Of a stretch of DNA of 64,000 nt, positions 19,123-29,158 are shown in pieces. The position numbers were made by a program, and so were the translations under genes. The first letter of the stretch is position 1; every line of letters starts with the position of its first letter. Location of the stretch: contig OY761556.1 of the NCBI GenBank assembly GCA_963664705.1, positions 64,001 to 128,000 of the forward strand, in the 5' to 3' direction. This DNA is from Acidobacteriota bacterium. Lineage in GTDB: Bacteria > Acidobacteriota > UBA6911. The notes beneath the pieces were generated by a model. That model was given only the letters and a program-made list of their open reading frames with translations, did no database searches and was not told where the DNA came from.

Positions 19123-20700
19123 ATGACGACAACTATTGCAAAAATCCAAATCCAAGATGATATCCAGCCTGAGACGGGTCATAGCGATTGGCCGCAGGAA
19201 TCGGTCCCTCGCGAGGTACGTCCGGTTCCCGACCGCTATCGCAATCCGATCGGCAAATACAAGGTGGATCGGCTTGCATCCTGCATATCCTGCGGGCGTT
19301 GCGCCGAGGTTTGCCAATACGGTGTGCACGTAAAACCGGAAGGCTACAAATACATGCTTCGGCCGCTGGATTACCGATGCGTGGGCCCGGCTTGCTCGGA
19401 ACGCGGCGGGGAATGCATCCATGAATGCCCCAAGAAGGCCCTGGTGTTGAGACTGAATCCGAACGTCGACTGCATGGGCGACCCGCGCTGGTCCAGTGAT
19501 CTGATTCTGTCAACGTGGTATCAGTCGGAAACAGGGCAAACACCACCGGCTCACCTGGAATACCGGCACGGAGACTCCGGCGGGGGTTTCGACCGGATGC
19601 GTTTCAAGTTTGAAATTCCGGGTCTTGAAACCCCGAAACCCGGCACCGTCTTCGACGCCAAAAAGGAAAATCCTGCGGATGTCGATACGGGTCTGGATCT
19701 GAATCGCCGGGACGATGGACGTCCTCAGGTCCACATTGATATCCCTATCTATGGCGGTGGAATGAGTTTCGGGTCCGTCAGCATTTACACGATTCTGGCA
19801 AAGGCCCGCTCTGCGGCTGCCTGGAATACATTCAGTTGTACCGGAGAAGGCGGCTATCCCGATCGCCTCAAACCATATGATGACCATATGATTACCCAGG
19901 TGGCTACCGGTCTCTTCGGAGTTCGGGAAGAGACAATTCAGCGGGTACGCATTGTCGAATTCAAGTATGCGCAGGGCGCTAAGCCCGGATTGGGTGGACA
20001 TCTCCTGGGGGACAAAAACACTCCGGCCGTGGCTCGTATGCGAGGCGCCGTCCCCGGGAACGCGCTGTTCAGCCCATTCCCGTTTCATAGCGTTTATAGC
20101 GTCGAAGACCACAAAAAGCACCTGGACTGGATAAAGGAAGTCAACCCGGACTGCCTTGTCAGTGTAAAGGTTTCGACTCCGACGGATGTAGACATGGTTG
20201 CGGTCGGAAGCTATTACGCGGGTGCGCACATCATTCACCTCGATGGAAGCTACGGCGGGACGGGTGCGGCTCCCGACATTGCAAAAAAGAACATTGCGAT
20301 GCCGATCGAGTATGGGATCCCCAAGGTTCACAAATTTCTCACCGCCGAGGGCATTCGTGAAAAGGTCACCCTGATTGCCTCCGGTGGTTGTCGTACTGCT
20401 TACGACGTGCTGAAAGCGATTGCGCTGGGTGCTGACGGGGTGGTGATCGGGACGGCCGAAATGGTTGCTCTTGGCTGCGTGCGGTGTGCCTGCTGTGAAA
20501 GCGGCCGCGGGTGCCCCAGGGGCATTGCGTCCACCGATACAGAACTGATCGAGCTGATGGATTTGGAATGGGCGACACAGAGACTGATCAACCTCCAGAA
20601 CGCCTGGCACGAACAGATGATTTCCGTCCTGAGGCAGCTTGGAATGGCTTCCATCCGGGAGTTGCGCGGTCGCAGTGATGTGCTTTGCTACTTGGATTAG
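19123..20700 (+). CDS. Glutamate synthase FMN-binding subunit (split GltB, synthase domain) with N-terminal ferredoxin
   Basis: GGMSFGS, TGEGG, QVATGLFGV, EFKYAQGAKPGLGGHL, DG..GGTGAAP, ASGG.RT..D..KAIALGAD, GCVRCACCESGRGCP. Confidence 0.92.
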   Translation: MTTTIAKIQIQDDIQPETGHSDWPQESVPREVRPVPDRYRNPIGKYKVDRLASCISCGRCAEVCQYGVHVKPEGYKYMLRPLDYRCVGPACSERGGECIHECPKKALVLRLNPNVDCMGDPRWSSDLILSTWYQSETGQTPPAHLEYRHGDSGGGFDRMRFKFEIPGLETPKPGTVFDAKKENPADVDTGLDLNRRDDGRPQVHIDIPIYGGGMSFGSVSIYTILAKARSAAAWNTFSCTGEGGYPDRLKPYDDHMITQVATGLFGVREETIQRVRIVEFKYAQGAKPGLGGHLLGDKNTPAVARMRGAVPGNALFSPFPFHSVYSVEDHKKHLDWIKEVNPDCLVSVKVSTPTDVDMVAVGSYYAGAHIIHLDGSYGGTGAAPDIAKKNIAMPIEYGIPKVHKFLTAEGIREKVTLIASGGCRTAYDVLKAIALGADGVVIGTAEMVALGCVRCACCESGRGCPRGIASTDTELIELMDLEWATQRLINLQNAWHEQMISVLRQLGMASIRELRGRSDVLCYLD

Positions 20701-20784
20701 TTTCAAATTCAGGGGTTTGCACCGCCGGTTTCTGAGCGGCAAACCGAGATTTGAAATGTGACATCTGGAATTTAGGGGAATTAC

Positions 20785-23385
20785 GTGAACGACATAGCAG
20801 AACGACTGTTGGCAACCCGCTCGCATGTATATCGCGGGCCTCAGATGCCCTTGATCAAATCAGCCGAAGAAGGGGGATGCGGTGTTACGGGGTTTGCCTG
20901 CACAATCCCATTGGCCGGCAGGTACATTTACGAACCTTCCATTCAGATGCAGAACCGAGGGAATGGAAAAGGCGGCGGCATTGCTGCCGTCGGTCTCGTG
21001 CCGGAGCAAATGGGGGTATCTCGCGATGTGCTGGACAGCCATTACCTGTTGCAGATTGCGCTGCTCGATCCCACCTGCCATGCGGATCTCGAACGACGGT
21101 ATGTCCTGCCGAATTTCGATGTGGCTCTTTCCTCAAGACAGCCGCACATCGACGATTACCGGGACATTCCCGGGCTGGACGTCCGGCCCCCGGATGTGCA
21201 CCGGTATGTCGTTCGCCCCAAGCCAGCGATACTGAAATCCTTTGCCGCGGAAAACGGACTCGAAAGTCTGCCGGCCCGAGATATTGAAGACGAATTCGTC
21301 TGGCGGAATTCCTATCGGCTCAATGATGAATACTACGCCTCTCTTGGAGAAAAACGGGCGTTTGTCCTCTCCCATAGCCGGGATCTTCTTGTTTTCAAGC
21401 TGGTGGGCTACGCCGAACAGAATGTCGAATACTATCAGTTGCAGGATTTCAAGGCACATGCATGGATCGCGCACCAGCGCTATCCAACCAAGGGCCGTGT
21501 CTGGCATCCCGGCGGGGCTCACCCGTTTGTCGGCCTGAACGAAGCCCTGGTGCATAACGGTGATTTTGCCAATTACTATTCCGTATGCGAATATCTCCGG
21601 CAAAGGAATATCCGCCAGCAGTTTTTGACGGACACGGAAGTGTCGGCGCAGCTCTTTGATCTTTGGGATCGCGTATACAAATATCCGCTTGAATACATCA
21701 TTGAAGCGCTCGCTCCGACAACGGAACTCGATTTTGATCAGCTCCCGCCGGAGAAGCAGGCTATCTATCGACAGATCCAGGCCACGCACATTCACGCTTC
21801 CCCGGACGGCCCGTGGTTTTTCATCATTGCCCGAAGCCAGCCCGACCAGAGACGAGTTCAACTGTTGGGCATCACCGATACCGCTATGCTGCGGCCCCAG
21901 GTTTTTGCCTTGTCCAATAATGACGATATTCAAATCGGTCTGATCTGTTCCGAGAAGCAGGCGATCGATGCAACGCTGCGCAGCCTGGCAAAGGAAGATA
22001 TGCGGTTCTGCCCGGTTGCCGACAAATACTGGAATGCCCGTGGCGGGTCCAGCACGGATGGTGGTGCCTTTATTTTCAGCGTCGATTCCGATCAGGAAGG
22101 ACGGAAGACGCTTGCGTGCACGGACAAGTTCGGACGGCCCGTCGTGATTAACTCCGGCTCCGTCCGTTGCGATCTGCCTTCGACCAACACGATAGAGAAA
22201 GAAGCGCCCGATGCATTGCGCGAACTGGTCAACCAGTGGCTGCAAAAAGGGAAGGTTGAGGATCTTTTCACATATGCCCTCGATCTTCCATCCTGGTCGT
22301 CCGGCGATCTGCAGCGTTTCTGCAAACTCGTCGTCGATGGGGCCGATAACGCCACATCGCGAAAAACGGCGATTGAACTGCTGACGATGCTTCGGGACCG
22401 GCGTTTTTATACCGGTGACAAGCGAAGAGCCACGGTGATTTGGGTTGTAGACAAGATGATAGAGGCTCTGTTTGACAGTGCGCCGCTGTTTGGCGAGCCG
22501 GTCAGCCGTTTCTGGCGCCGGGTCAACTGGAATACGCGGGATCAGGTAGTTGCGCCGCGTGCCGGAGAAGAATTGCTCCTGATTGATGCCCAGGAGTTTC
22601 CGCCGGAAGGCGACTATTGCGATGCTGTTCTTCTGAGACAGGCCTATCGGCTGGGTTGGAAGCAATTCATCGTATACCGGTTGCGTGGTCAGCGCTTTCA
22701 CGGGGCAGGTCTGGGCCCGGAAACCGGTTCGGTGCGCATCGATCTGTATGGATCCAACGGAGACTATACGGCGAGCGGCATGGATGGCCTGCAGTTGTAT
22801 ATTCACGGTAATGCACAAGATCAGGTTGCTCAGATTGCCAAGAGCGGAAAACTTGTCATTTACGGAGATGTTGGCCAGACCTTCATGTATGGAGCAAAAG
22901 GAGGCGAGGTTTACGTCCTGGGAAACGCTGCAGGCAGGCCGCTGATCAATGCGGTTGGACGTCCGCGCGTAGTCATCAATGGAACATGCCTGGATTTCCT
23001 GGCGGAATCTTTCATGGCCGGGGATCCGCTGCTCGGCGGGGGCTTCGTAATCGTGAATGGAATTGAGTTTGACGGCCGCGGCAATATCGTGCCTCAACCG
23101 GCTCCCTATCCCGGCAGCAACCTCTTTTCTCTTGCCAGCGGGGGTGCCATCTATATTCGAGATCCTCATCAGCAGGTAGTCGAACGGCAGCTGAATGGCG
23201 GCGTTTTCTCCTCTTTGACCGACAAAGACTGGAGGCTCATCCGCCCCTATCTCGTAGAAAACGAGAGCCTGTTTGGAGTCCGGATCCAAGACCTCCTGAC
23301 CGTTGATGGCGTTGTAAAACCGCCACACGAAGTCTATCGAAAGGTAAGTGCAGTGAAACTTGCCGTGCTTGCCAAGTCGAAGTAG
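20785..23385 (+). CDS. Glutamate synthase amidotransferase (Ntn GATase-2) + GXGXG beta-helix subunit
   Basis: Propeptide then CGV, RG.G.GGG, AHQRYPT, AHPF, HNGD..NY, TDTE; C-terminal GSNGDY/GNAQD/GDVGQ/GNAAGR repeats. Confidence 0.92.
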   Translation: MNDIAERLLATRSHVYRGPQMPLIKSAEEGGCGVTGFACTIPLAGRYIYEPSIQMQNRGNGKGGGIAAVGLVPEQMGVSRDVLDSHYLLQIALLDPTCHADLERRYVLPNFDVALSSRQPHIDDYRDIPGLDVRPPDVHRYVVRPKPAILKSFAAENGLESLPARDIEDEFVWRNSYRLNDEYYASLGEKRAFVLSHSRDLLVFKLVGYAEQNVEYYQLQDFKAHAWIAHQRYPTKGRVWHPGGAHPFVGLNEALVHNGDFANYYSVCEYLRQRNIRQQFLTDTEVSAQLFDLWDRVYKYPLEYIIEALAPTTELDFDQLPPEKQAIYRQIQATHIHASPDGPWFFIIARSQPDQRRVQLLGITDTAMLRPQVFALSNNDDIQIGLICSEKQAIDATLRSLAKEDMRFCPVADKYWNARGGSSTDGGAFIFSVDSDQEGRKTLACTDKFGRPVVINSGSVRCDLPSTNTIEKEAPDALRELVNQWLQKGKVEDLFTYALDLPSWSSGDLQRFCKLVVDGADNATSRKTAIELLTMLRDRRFYTGDKRRATVIWVVDKMIEALFDSAPLFGEPVSRFWRRVNWNTRDQVVAPRAGEELLLIDAQEFPPEGDYCDAVLLRQAYRLGWKQFIVYRLRGQRFHGAGLGPETGSVRIDLYGSNGDYTASGMDGLQLYIHGNAQDQVAQIAKSGKLVIYGDVGQTFMYGAKGGEVYVLGNAAGRPLINAVGRPRVVINGTCLDFLAESFMAGDPLLGGGFVIVNGIEFDGRGNIVPQPAPYPGSNLFSLASGGAIYIRDPHQQVVERQLNGGVFSSLTDKDWRLIRPYLVENESLFGVRIQDLLTVDGVVKPPHEVYRKVSAVKLAVLAKSK

Positions 23386-23406
23386 CGCGGATTTTTGGAC
23401 CTGAAC

Positions 23407-26400
23407 ATGGAACAGCAAATGGACATTGAGAAGGTCGGGGCGGTGCTGGTGTGCGGCGCAGGGATTGCGGGCATCCAGGCATCGCTGGATCTGGCGGACA
23501 GCGGATTCAAAGTATATCTGCTGGAGCATACCGCCGCCATTGGCGGCCGCATGGCTCAACTGGACAAAGCCTATCCAACAGGCGACTGTTCGATGTGCAT
23601 TCTTTCGCCACGCCTGGTGGAATGTGCCAGAAACAGGAATATCGAAATCATCACCCTCGCCGATCTGGAAAGTGTTTCCGGAGAGCCCGGCAACTTCAAA
23701 GTCAAGATACGGCAGAATCCCCGTTACATTGATGCAAGGAAGTGTGATGCCTGCGGCGATTGCTCGGCGGTTTGCCCGGTCAGTCTTTCGAGCGAATTCG
23801 ATTGCGGCATGGGCGAAAAAAAGGCGGTTTCGCTGCCCTATCCCCAGGCAATTCCCGGTATCTTCAGTATTTCGAAAGCCCAGGGGCAGGTGCCTTGCAG
23901 ATCTCTTTGCCCGGCCGGAGTTAATGTCCCAGGCTTTGTCGCGCTGGTTGCCGCCGGCAAATTCAAAGAAGCTTTCGAGCTTATCCGTTTGCGTTGTTCG
24001 CTCCCCGCTGTCTCCGGGCGTATATGCCGTCATTCCTGCCAGGATAAATGCAATCGGGGTGAAGTAGATGAATCCGTCTCCATTCGCCACCTGGAAAGAT
24101 ATGTAGCCGACTACGTGCAACAGAACCCGGATCAATACCCGGAGCGCTCCGGATCCGTGATTGCATCGGGCAAAAGGGTTGCCATTATCGGATCAGGGCC
24201 TGCCGGATTGACGGCTGCTTCGGATCTGTCTCTGATGGGGTATGGCGTTACCTTGTTTGAGGCCAAACCGCAGCTTGGCGGTATGTTGCGATACGGGATC
24301 CCTGAATACCGGCTACCCAAGGAAATTCTCGATAGGGATGTTCGGCATATCCTGGAGTTGGGAGTAGAGGTCAGAACCAATACTCCGATTGAAAAACCGG
24401 GTGATCTTCTCAAATCCCGGCAAGCTGACGGTGCTTCAGCCAATGCCGCTGACTTTGACGCGGTGTTTGTATCGACCGGGGCCTGGCAAAGCCTCAAACC
24501 GGGTATTCCCGGGGAGGATGCCGGCGGAGTCTGGGAGGGATTGAAATTCCTTTACGCGGTAAATTCCGGTAGCAGTTTCGAGATCGGACCCGAAGTGCTG
24601 GTCATCGGGGGGTCCGCTTTAGCCATCGATACGGCCCGATGCGCGCTGAGAGTGCCCGGAGTGAAATCGGTGCAGCTAGCCTGCCTCGAAAATGCGGGCG
24701 AATTACGCGCGGGTACGGACCATGTCGCGGAAGCGATTGCCGAGGGCATTGAGATTCACTATAGCCTTGGGCCAACCACTGTCAATGCAAAGGACAGCCG
24801 GGTCTCCTCGGTAAGATTTCGCGCCTGCACCAGCCTGTATGACGAATATAAGAGATTTGATCCGCTGTTTGACGATTCATCCATCCGAACTATTTCCGCC
24901 GACACTGTCATTATCGCAAGTGGCCGGGCAGTCGATGCAAAGGGCTTTGGGCTCGAAATGCGGCCCGGCGGGCGCATCCTAGCCGATAAAGATACGCTGG
25001 CAACCGGTGTCCGGGGAGTGTTTGCGGGAGGGGACGCCGTTCTGGGCCCGGCATCGATGGTGGATGCAATGGCTCACGGGCATAAGGCGGCTGCATCCAT
25101 TGATGCCTTCATTCGAGGCAGCGCATCCATTCGCAGTATGTCAAAAGCATCTGCCGGGGATACTGCGAGTACCGCTTCCGTGCACTTTGCCCATAACCCG
25201 AAGCCATGGGTATCCAAGCAGTCTCACAGCCCTATCGCGCGCGCAAAAGAATCTTCCAGACCGCAGGATCATTCGGAAATATTTCTTGGCTATTCGCATG
25301 ATGCCGCCATTGCCGAGGCAAAACTGTGCCTGGCCTGTGGCTTATGCAGTGAATGCCTGTTGTGTGTGAAGGCGTGCTCGGCCGATGCCCTGGTTCATGA
25401 TCAGCAGGCGACATCCCTTGAGGTCGAGGTCGGGAGCATCATCCTCGCGCCGGGCGTCGAAGAACTCGAGTCTGCCGCAGCCCGAAAATTCGGGCTGGGT
25501 AAATATGCGAATGTTGTCTCCGGTCTGCAGTTTGAACGGATGCTTGCGGCGGCCGGGCCGTCCGGACGCCTTCATCGTCATTCGGATGCCGGCGAAGTCA
25601 GAAGCATTGCCTTTATTCAATGTGTCGGCGGTCGTGAAGGGGATGCGGACTATTGCTCTTCGATTTGCTGTATGAATACGGCAAAGGCGGCTTTGGGTGC
25701 GTTGGAGCGATCGGCTGCGGGAGCTATGGAAGTTACGATATTCTGCCGCGAAGTCCGTTCCTTTGGGAAAGAATCGGACGCCTATATTCGCAGGGCAAAG
25801 CAGGAAAATGGCTTGCATTACCTGCGGGCTGTTCCATCCAATCTTTGGGAGACGGGTGAGACCGGCAGGCTGAAGATTGCCTGGCCGGGAAAGGATGGCG
25901 TATCCGAGCAGGAGTTCGACCTGGTTGTTCTCAGTACCGGGGCACAGGTATCCGCCGGCGCCAGGGATATGGCCTCCCGGATTGGTTTGCAGCTGAATAG
26001 CTTTGGTTTTGTCCAGACGGACAGGATGTCTCCATTTGCGACATCCCGACCAGGGATTTTCGTCGCCGGCTCCTTTCAGGAACCCAAGGACATATCCGAA
26101 TCGGTCGCGCAGGCTTCCGGCGCAGCCGCCTGCTCCATGAGCCTGTTGACGGCTGTCCGGGGCACAATGACTCGGCGCCATGAGTATCCCTGGGAAAGAG
26201 ATGTTGCCGATGAGTCGCCCCGGATTGGCGTTTTTGTCTGCCGTTGCGGACACAACATTGCGGATGTTGTGGACGTTGAACTGGTTGCCAGCAAAGCGGC
26301 GAAGATGCCCGGCGTGTGCCATGCAGAGGTGAGCACCTATACATGCTCGGATACCAATCAGCAGCATATCCGCTCCCTCATTCGTAAACACCGTCTCAAC

Positions 26401-27906
26401 CGTCTGGTGGTTGCATCCTGTTCATCGCGAACCCATGAAATGCTATTCCGGGAGACCCTGCGTGAGAGCGGGCTGAACCAGTACCTGTTTGCTATGACGA
26501 ACATTCGAGACCAATGCTCCTGGGTTCATAAGGACAACCCGTTGGAGGCCACCGCCAAGGCCGTGGATCTTGTCTCCATGGCCATTGCCCGAGCCCGTTT
26601 GCTGCGGGCATTTCCCCTCCATGAGCTCGAGGTCACAGCCTCCGCTCTGATTATCGGGGGCGGGCTTGCGGGGATGACCTCGGCACTGAATCTGGCCGAC
26701 CAGGGGTTCAAGGTGCACCTGGTGGAGAGGGAACCTGCGCTGGGAGGACAACTCCGAAACCTGCAGTCCGATCTGGAGCGGGATAATATCCAGGATGAAT
26801 TGAAAGTCCTGGTGTCGCGGGTTTCGTATCATCCCAACGTGACCGTTCACAGGAACTCGATTCTTGTGCGAACCTCCGGTCAGGTAGGAAATTTCGTCAG
26901 CGTTCTGTCTGCTGCAGGCAAGGAACAAACGGTCAAGCATGGTGTTGTGATTGTTGCCACCGGTGGTCGCGAACGTTCCACGACTCGATTCCTATGCGGG
27001 GATGACTCGCGCGTGGTCACTCAGAGGGCGCTTGAATCGGCATTGTCAGGAGGGAATCTCCCATCAGAGCTGACCGGTAAAAAGGCTCCTTCCGTTGTGA
27101 TGATTCAATGCGTCGACAGCCGGAATGCGGATAATCCTTACTGCAGCCGGGTCTGTTGTTCGGAAGCGATCAAAAATGCTCTTGAACTCAAGCGCCGCAG
27201 ACCGGATGCAGATATTGCCATCCTCAACCGGGATATCCATACATACGGTTCCAGAGACGATTACTTCAGGCAGGCGCGCAACAAAGGGATCCAGTTCGTC
27301 CGGTACTCGGAGAGCCGGGAGCCCCTGGTTGCAAACGAGAGTGGAGTGCTTCAGGTGAGAGTAACGGAAAATGACACCGGGCGCGAACTGGCTTATCACC
27401 CGGATCTGCTGGTCCTGTCGACCGGCATTGCCCCGGATGCCGGGAATGCTGATATCGCCGGGATCCTCCGTTGTGCGCTAACGGCGGAAGGATTCTTCCT
27501 CGAAGCCCACCCGAAACTCAGGCCTGTGGATCTTGCCAATGAAGGGGAGTTTGTCTGTGGCCTGGCGCATTCGCCCCGCTTCATGGACGAAACAATTGCG
27601 CAAGCCCATGCCGTCGCCGGACGCGCAGCAAGGATCCTGTCGAAGACTCAGATGGAGATTGTCGGACAGGTTTCCTATGTCGAGCCGGCCAACTGTGTCG
27701 CATGCGCGACCTGCGTAAAGATCTGTCCCTATGGCGCACCCATGATCAATGCCTTGGGGAAGTCGGAGATCCAGGCGGCAAAATGCATGGGGTGCGGCAG
27801 TTGTGTTGCAGCATGTCCTGCAAGGGCGATGGCACTCCAGCATCAGGAAGGCAGCACTATGATCGCCATGCTCGATGAAATGCGGGCAAGCGGAGGATTG
27901 GAATGA
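23407..27906 (+). CDS. hdrA: HdrA-like multi-domain flavoprotein (HdrL type: HdrA, inserted GltD-like oxidoreductase, second HdrA)
   Basis: VLVCGAGIAG...DKAYPTGDC; ferredoxin motifs; GltD-like CR..CP.G...GRIC...C...C.R and GSGPAG; two QCV...YCS..CC motifs; VVASCS, NIRDQCSWVH, LEAHPKLRP. Start uncertain (23395/23407/23419). Confidence 0.92.
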   Translation: MEQQMDIEKVGAVLVCGAGIAGIQASLDLADSGFKVYLLEHTAAIGGRMAQLDKAYPTGDCSMCILSPRLVECARNRNIEIITLADLESVSGEPGNFKVKIRQNPRYIDARKCDACGDCSAVCPVSLSSEFDCGMGEKKAVSLPYPQAIPGIFSISKAQGQVPCRSLCPAGVNVPGFVALVAAGKFKEAFELIRLRCSLPAVSGRICRHSCQDKCNRGEVDESVSIRHLERYVADYVQQNPDQYPERSGSVIASGKRVAIIGSGPAGLTAASDLSLMGYGVTLFEAKPQLGGMLRYGIPEYRLPKEILDRDVRHILELGVEVRTNTPIEKPGDLLKSRQADGASANAADFDAVFVSTGAWQSLKPGIPGEDAGGVWEGLKFLYAVNSGSSFEIGPEVLVIGGSALAIDTARCALRVPGVKSVQLACLENAGELRAGTDHVAEAIAEGIEIHYSLGPTTVNAKDSRVSSVRFRACTSLYDEYKRFDPLFDDSSIRTISADTVIIASGRAVDAKGFGLEMRPGGRILADKDTLATGVRGVFAGGDAVLGPASMVDAMAHGHKAAASIDAFIRGSASIRSMSKASAGDTASTASVHFAHNPKPWVSKQSHSPIARAKESSRPQDHSEIFLGYSHDAAIAEAKLCLACGLCSECLLCVKACSADALVHDQQATSLEVEVGSIILAPGVEELESAAARKFGLGKYANVVSGLQFERMLAAAGPSGRLHRHSDAGEVRSIAFIQCVGGREGDADYCSSICCMNTAKAALGALERSAAGAMEVTIFCREVRSFGKESDAYIRRAKQENGLHYLRAVPSNLWETGETGRLKIAWPGKDGVSEQEFDLVVLSTGAQVSAGARDMASRIGLQLNSFGFVQTDRMSPFATSRPGIFVAGSFQEPKDISESVAQASGAAACSMSLLTAVRGTMTRRHEYPWERDVADESPRIGVFVCRCGHNIADVVDVELVASKAAKMPGVCHAEVSTYTCSDTNQQHIRSLIRKHRLNRLVVASCSSRTHEMLFRETLRESGLNQYLFAMTNIRDQCSWVHKDNPLEATAKAVDLVSMAIARARLLRAFPLHELEVTASALIIGGGLAGMTSALNLADQGFKVHLVEREPALGGQLRNLQSDLERDNIQDELKVLVSRVSYHPNVTVHRNSILVRTSGQVGNFVSVLSAAGKEQTVKHGVVIVATGGRERSTTRFLCGDDSRVVTQRALESALSGGNLPSELTGKKAPSVVMIQCVDSRNADNPYCSRVCCSEAIKNALELKRRRPDADIAILNRDIHTYGSRDDYFRQARNKGIQFVRYSESREPLVANESGVLQVRVTENDTGRELAYHPDLLVLSTGIAPDAGNADIAGILRCALTAEGFFLEAHPKLRPVDLANEGEFVCGLAHSPRFMDETIAQAHAVAGRAARILSKTQMEIVGQVSYVEPANCVACATCVKICPYGAPMINALGKSEIQAAKCMGCGSCVAACPARAMALQHQEGSTMIAMLDEMRASGGLE

Positions 27907-28400
27907 AGGAGCTGAACCGGGATGTGAAAAGCGGCAGCGTTTCGGTCTCCGATACCTGTGCCAATACTCAGTGGGCACCGGAGATTCTGGCATTCTGCTG
28001 CGAATATTGCGCCCATTCGGCTGCAGCTTTAGCCGGATCCAAGCGGATCCAATACCCCACCGGTGTGCGGATTATTCCCGCACCATGTACCGGAAAAATC
28101 GAAATGGAGCATATTCTCGAAGCCTTCGAGAAGGGAGTGGATGGAATCCTTGTTGTTGGCTGTCTCGAAGGTGGCTGCCATTTCCTGGAAGGTAACCTGC
28201 GGGCGCGCAAGCGCACCGAGCGCGTCTGCGAGATACTTGATGAAATCGGTCTTGGAGGGGGGCGCCTCAAGATGGTGAACCTCTCTGATTCCATGGCTTC
28301 GGAATTTGTGCAGGAAATGCACGAGATGCTGAAAACTGCCAGAGCCCTGGGCCCGAATCCGCTGAAATCAAAACATAATGAAAGTGCAGGGGATCTATGA
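27903..28400 (+). CDS. mvhD: MvhD/FlpD 2Fe-2S subunit
   Basis: AFCCEYCA, PCTGK, GCLEGGCHF.EGN; ATGA overlap with hdrA. Confidence 0.93.
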   Translation: MKELNRDVKSGSVSVSDTCANTQWAPEILAFCCEYCAHSAAALAGSKRIQYPTGVRIIPAPCTGKIEMEHILEAFEKGVDGILVVGCLEGGCHFLEGNLRARKRTERVCEILDEIGLGGGRLKMVNLSDSMASEFVQEMHEMLKTARALGPNPLKSKHNESAGDL

Positions 28401-29065
28401 TCGTTGCTTCACCAAAGTCAATTACTGAACTCAAAAGCATCATTTCCGGACACAAAAAGGTCCTGTTTGCAGGATGCGGGACTTGTGTCACCGTCTGCCT
28501 GGCTGGTGGTGAACGAGAGGTCAGCATAGCCGCCTATTCCGTTCGAATGGCTCGCAAACTCGAGCGAAATCCGGTGGAAATTTCTCAGATCACCATTGAA
28601 CGCCAATGCGAAAATGAATTCATCAAAGAGCTGGCGGAACCTGCAAGCAAGGTTGAAGCGATTGTCTCATTTGGCTGCGGTGCCGGCGTACAGGCAATTG
28701 CGGAACGATTTCCTGATAAACCGGTCTATGCCGGACTCAATACTCAGTTTCTGGGTGTACTTGAGGAACAGGCTATCTGGACCGAAAAATGCATGGGGTG
28801 CGGTGATTGTATGCTGGCGCACTTCGGAGGTATCTGCCCGGTAACCCGATGCGCCAAACGTCTGTTGAACGGTCCCTGCGGAGGTTCCCTGGAGGAACGC
28901 TGTGAAATCGATCCGGACCGGCCGTGCGCATGGCAGCTTATCTATACCCGTCTCAAAAATATCGGTCAGCTTGAAAAACTGGAAGATATCGTGCCGCCCA
29001 AAGACTGGAGCACGGCATGGTACAACGGCGCGCGGAAAGTAATTCGCAAGGAACACAAAGTCTAG
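28397..29065 (+). CDS. metV: MetV (MTHFR small Cys-rich Fe-S/Zn subunit)
   Basis: GCGTCVTVC, ERQC, CGAGVQ, C..CGDC...GGICPVTRCAK.LLNGPCGG...CE....CAW. Confidence 0.92.
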   Translation: MIVASPKSITELKSIISGHKKVLFAGCGTCVTVCLAGGEREVSIAAYSVRMARKLERNPVEISQITIERQCENEFIKELAEPASKVEAIVSFGCGAGVQAIAERFPDKPVYAGLNTQFLGVLEEQAIWTEKCMGCGDCMLAHFGGICPVTRCAKRLLNGPCGGSLEERCEIDPDRPCAWQLIYTRLKNIGQLEKLEDIVPPKDWSTAWYNGARKVIRKEHKV

Positions 29066-29076
29066 TCATATCCCGC

Positions 29077-29132
29077 AATTTGTAGAATCCGTGGCAAAAG
29101 AGGATCCTAACCTGCCGCGGATTCTACAAATT
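29077..29132. terminator. 20-bp inverted repeat ending the operon (between convergent genes)
   Basis: AATTTGTAGAATCCGTGGCA...TGCCGCGGATTCTACAAATT. Confidence 0.7.
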
Positions 29133-29158
29133 CAGAATACATCGACACTCATCCTTTA

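Noticed and set aside
19510-20826. 438-aa minus-strand ORF
   Set aside because: Antisense to the FMN glutamate synthase subunit
21133-24135. 1000-aa minus-strand ORF
   Set aside because: Antisense to the GATase and HdrL genes; no recognisable domains, likely a codon-bias artefact
23407-28400. Selenocysteine recoding in hdrA/mvhD
   Set aside because: Frames are open and the relevant positions are Cys codons; no in-frame TGA
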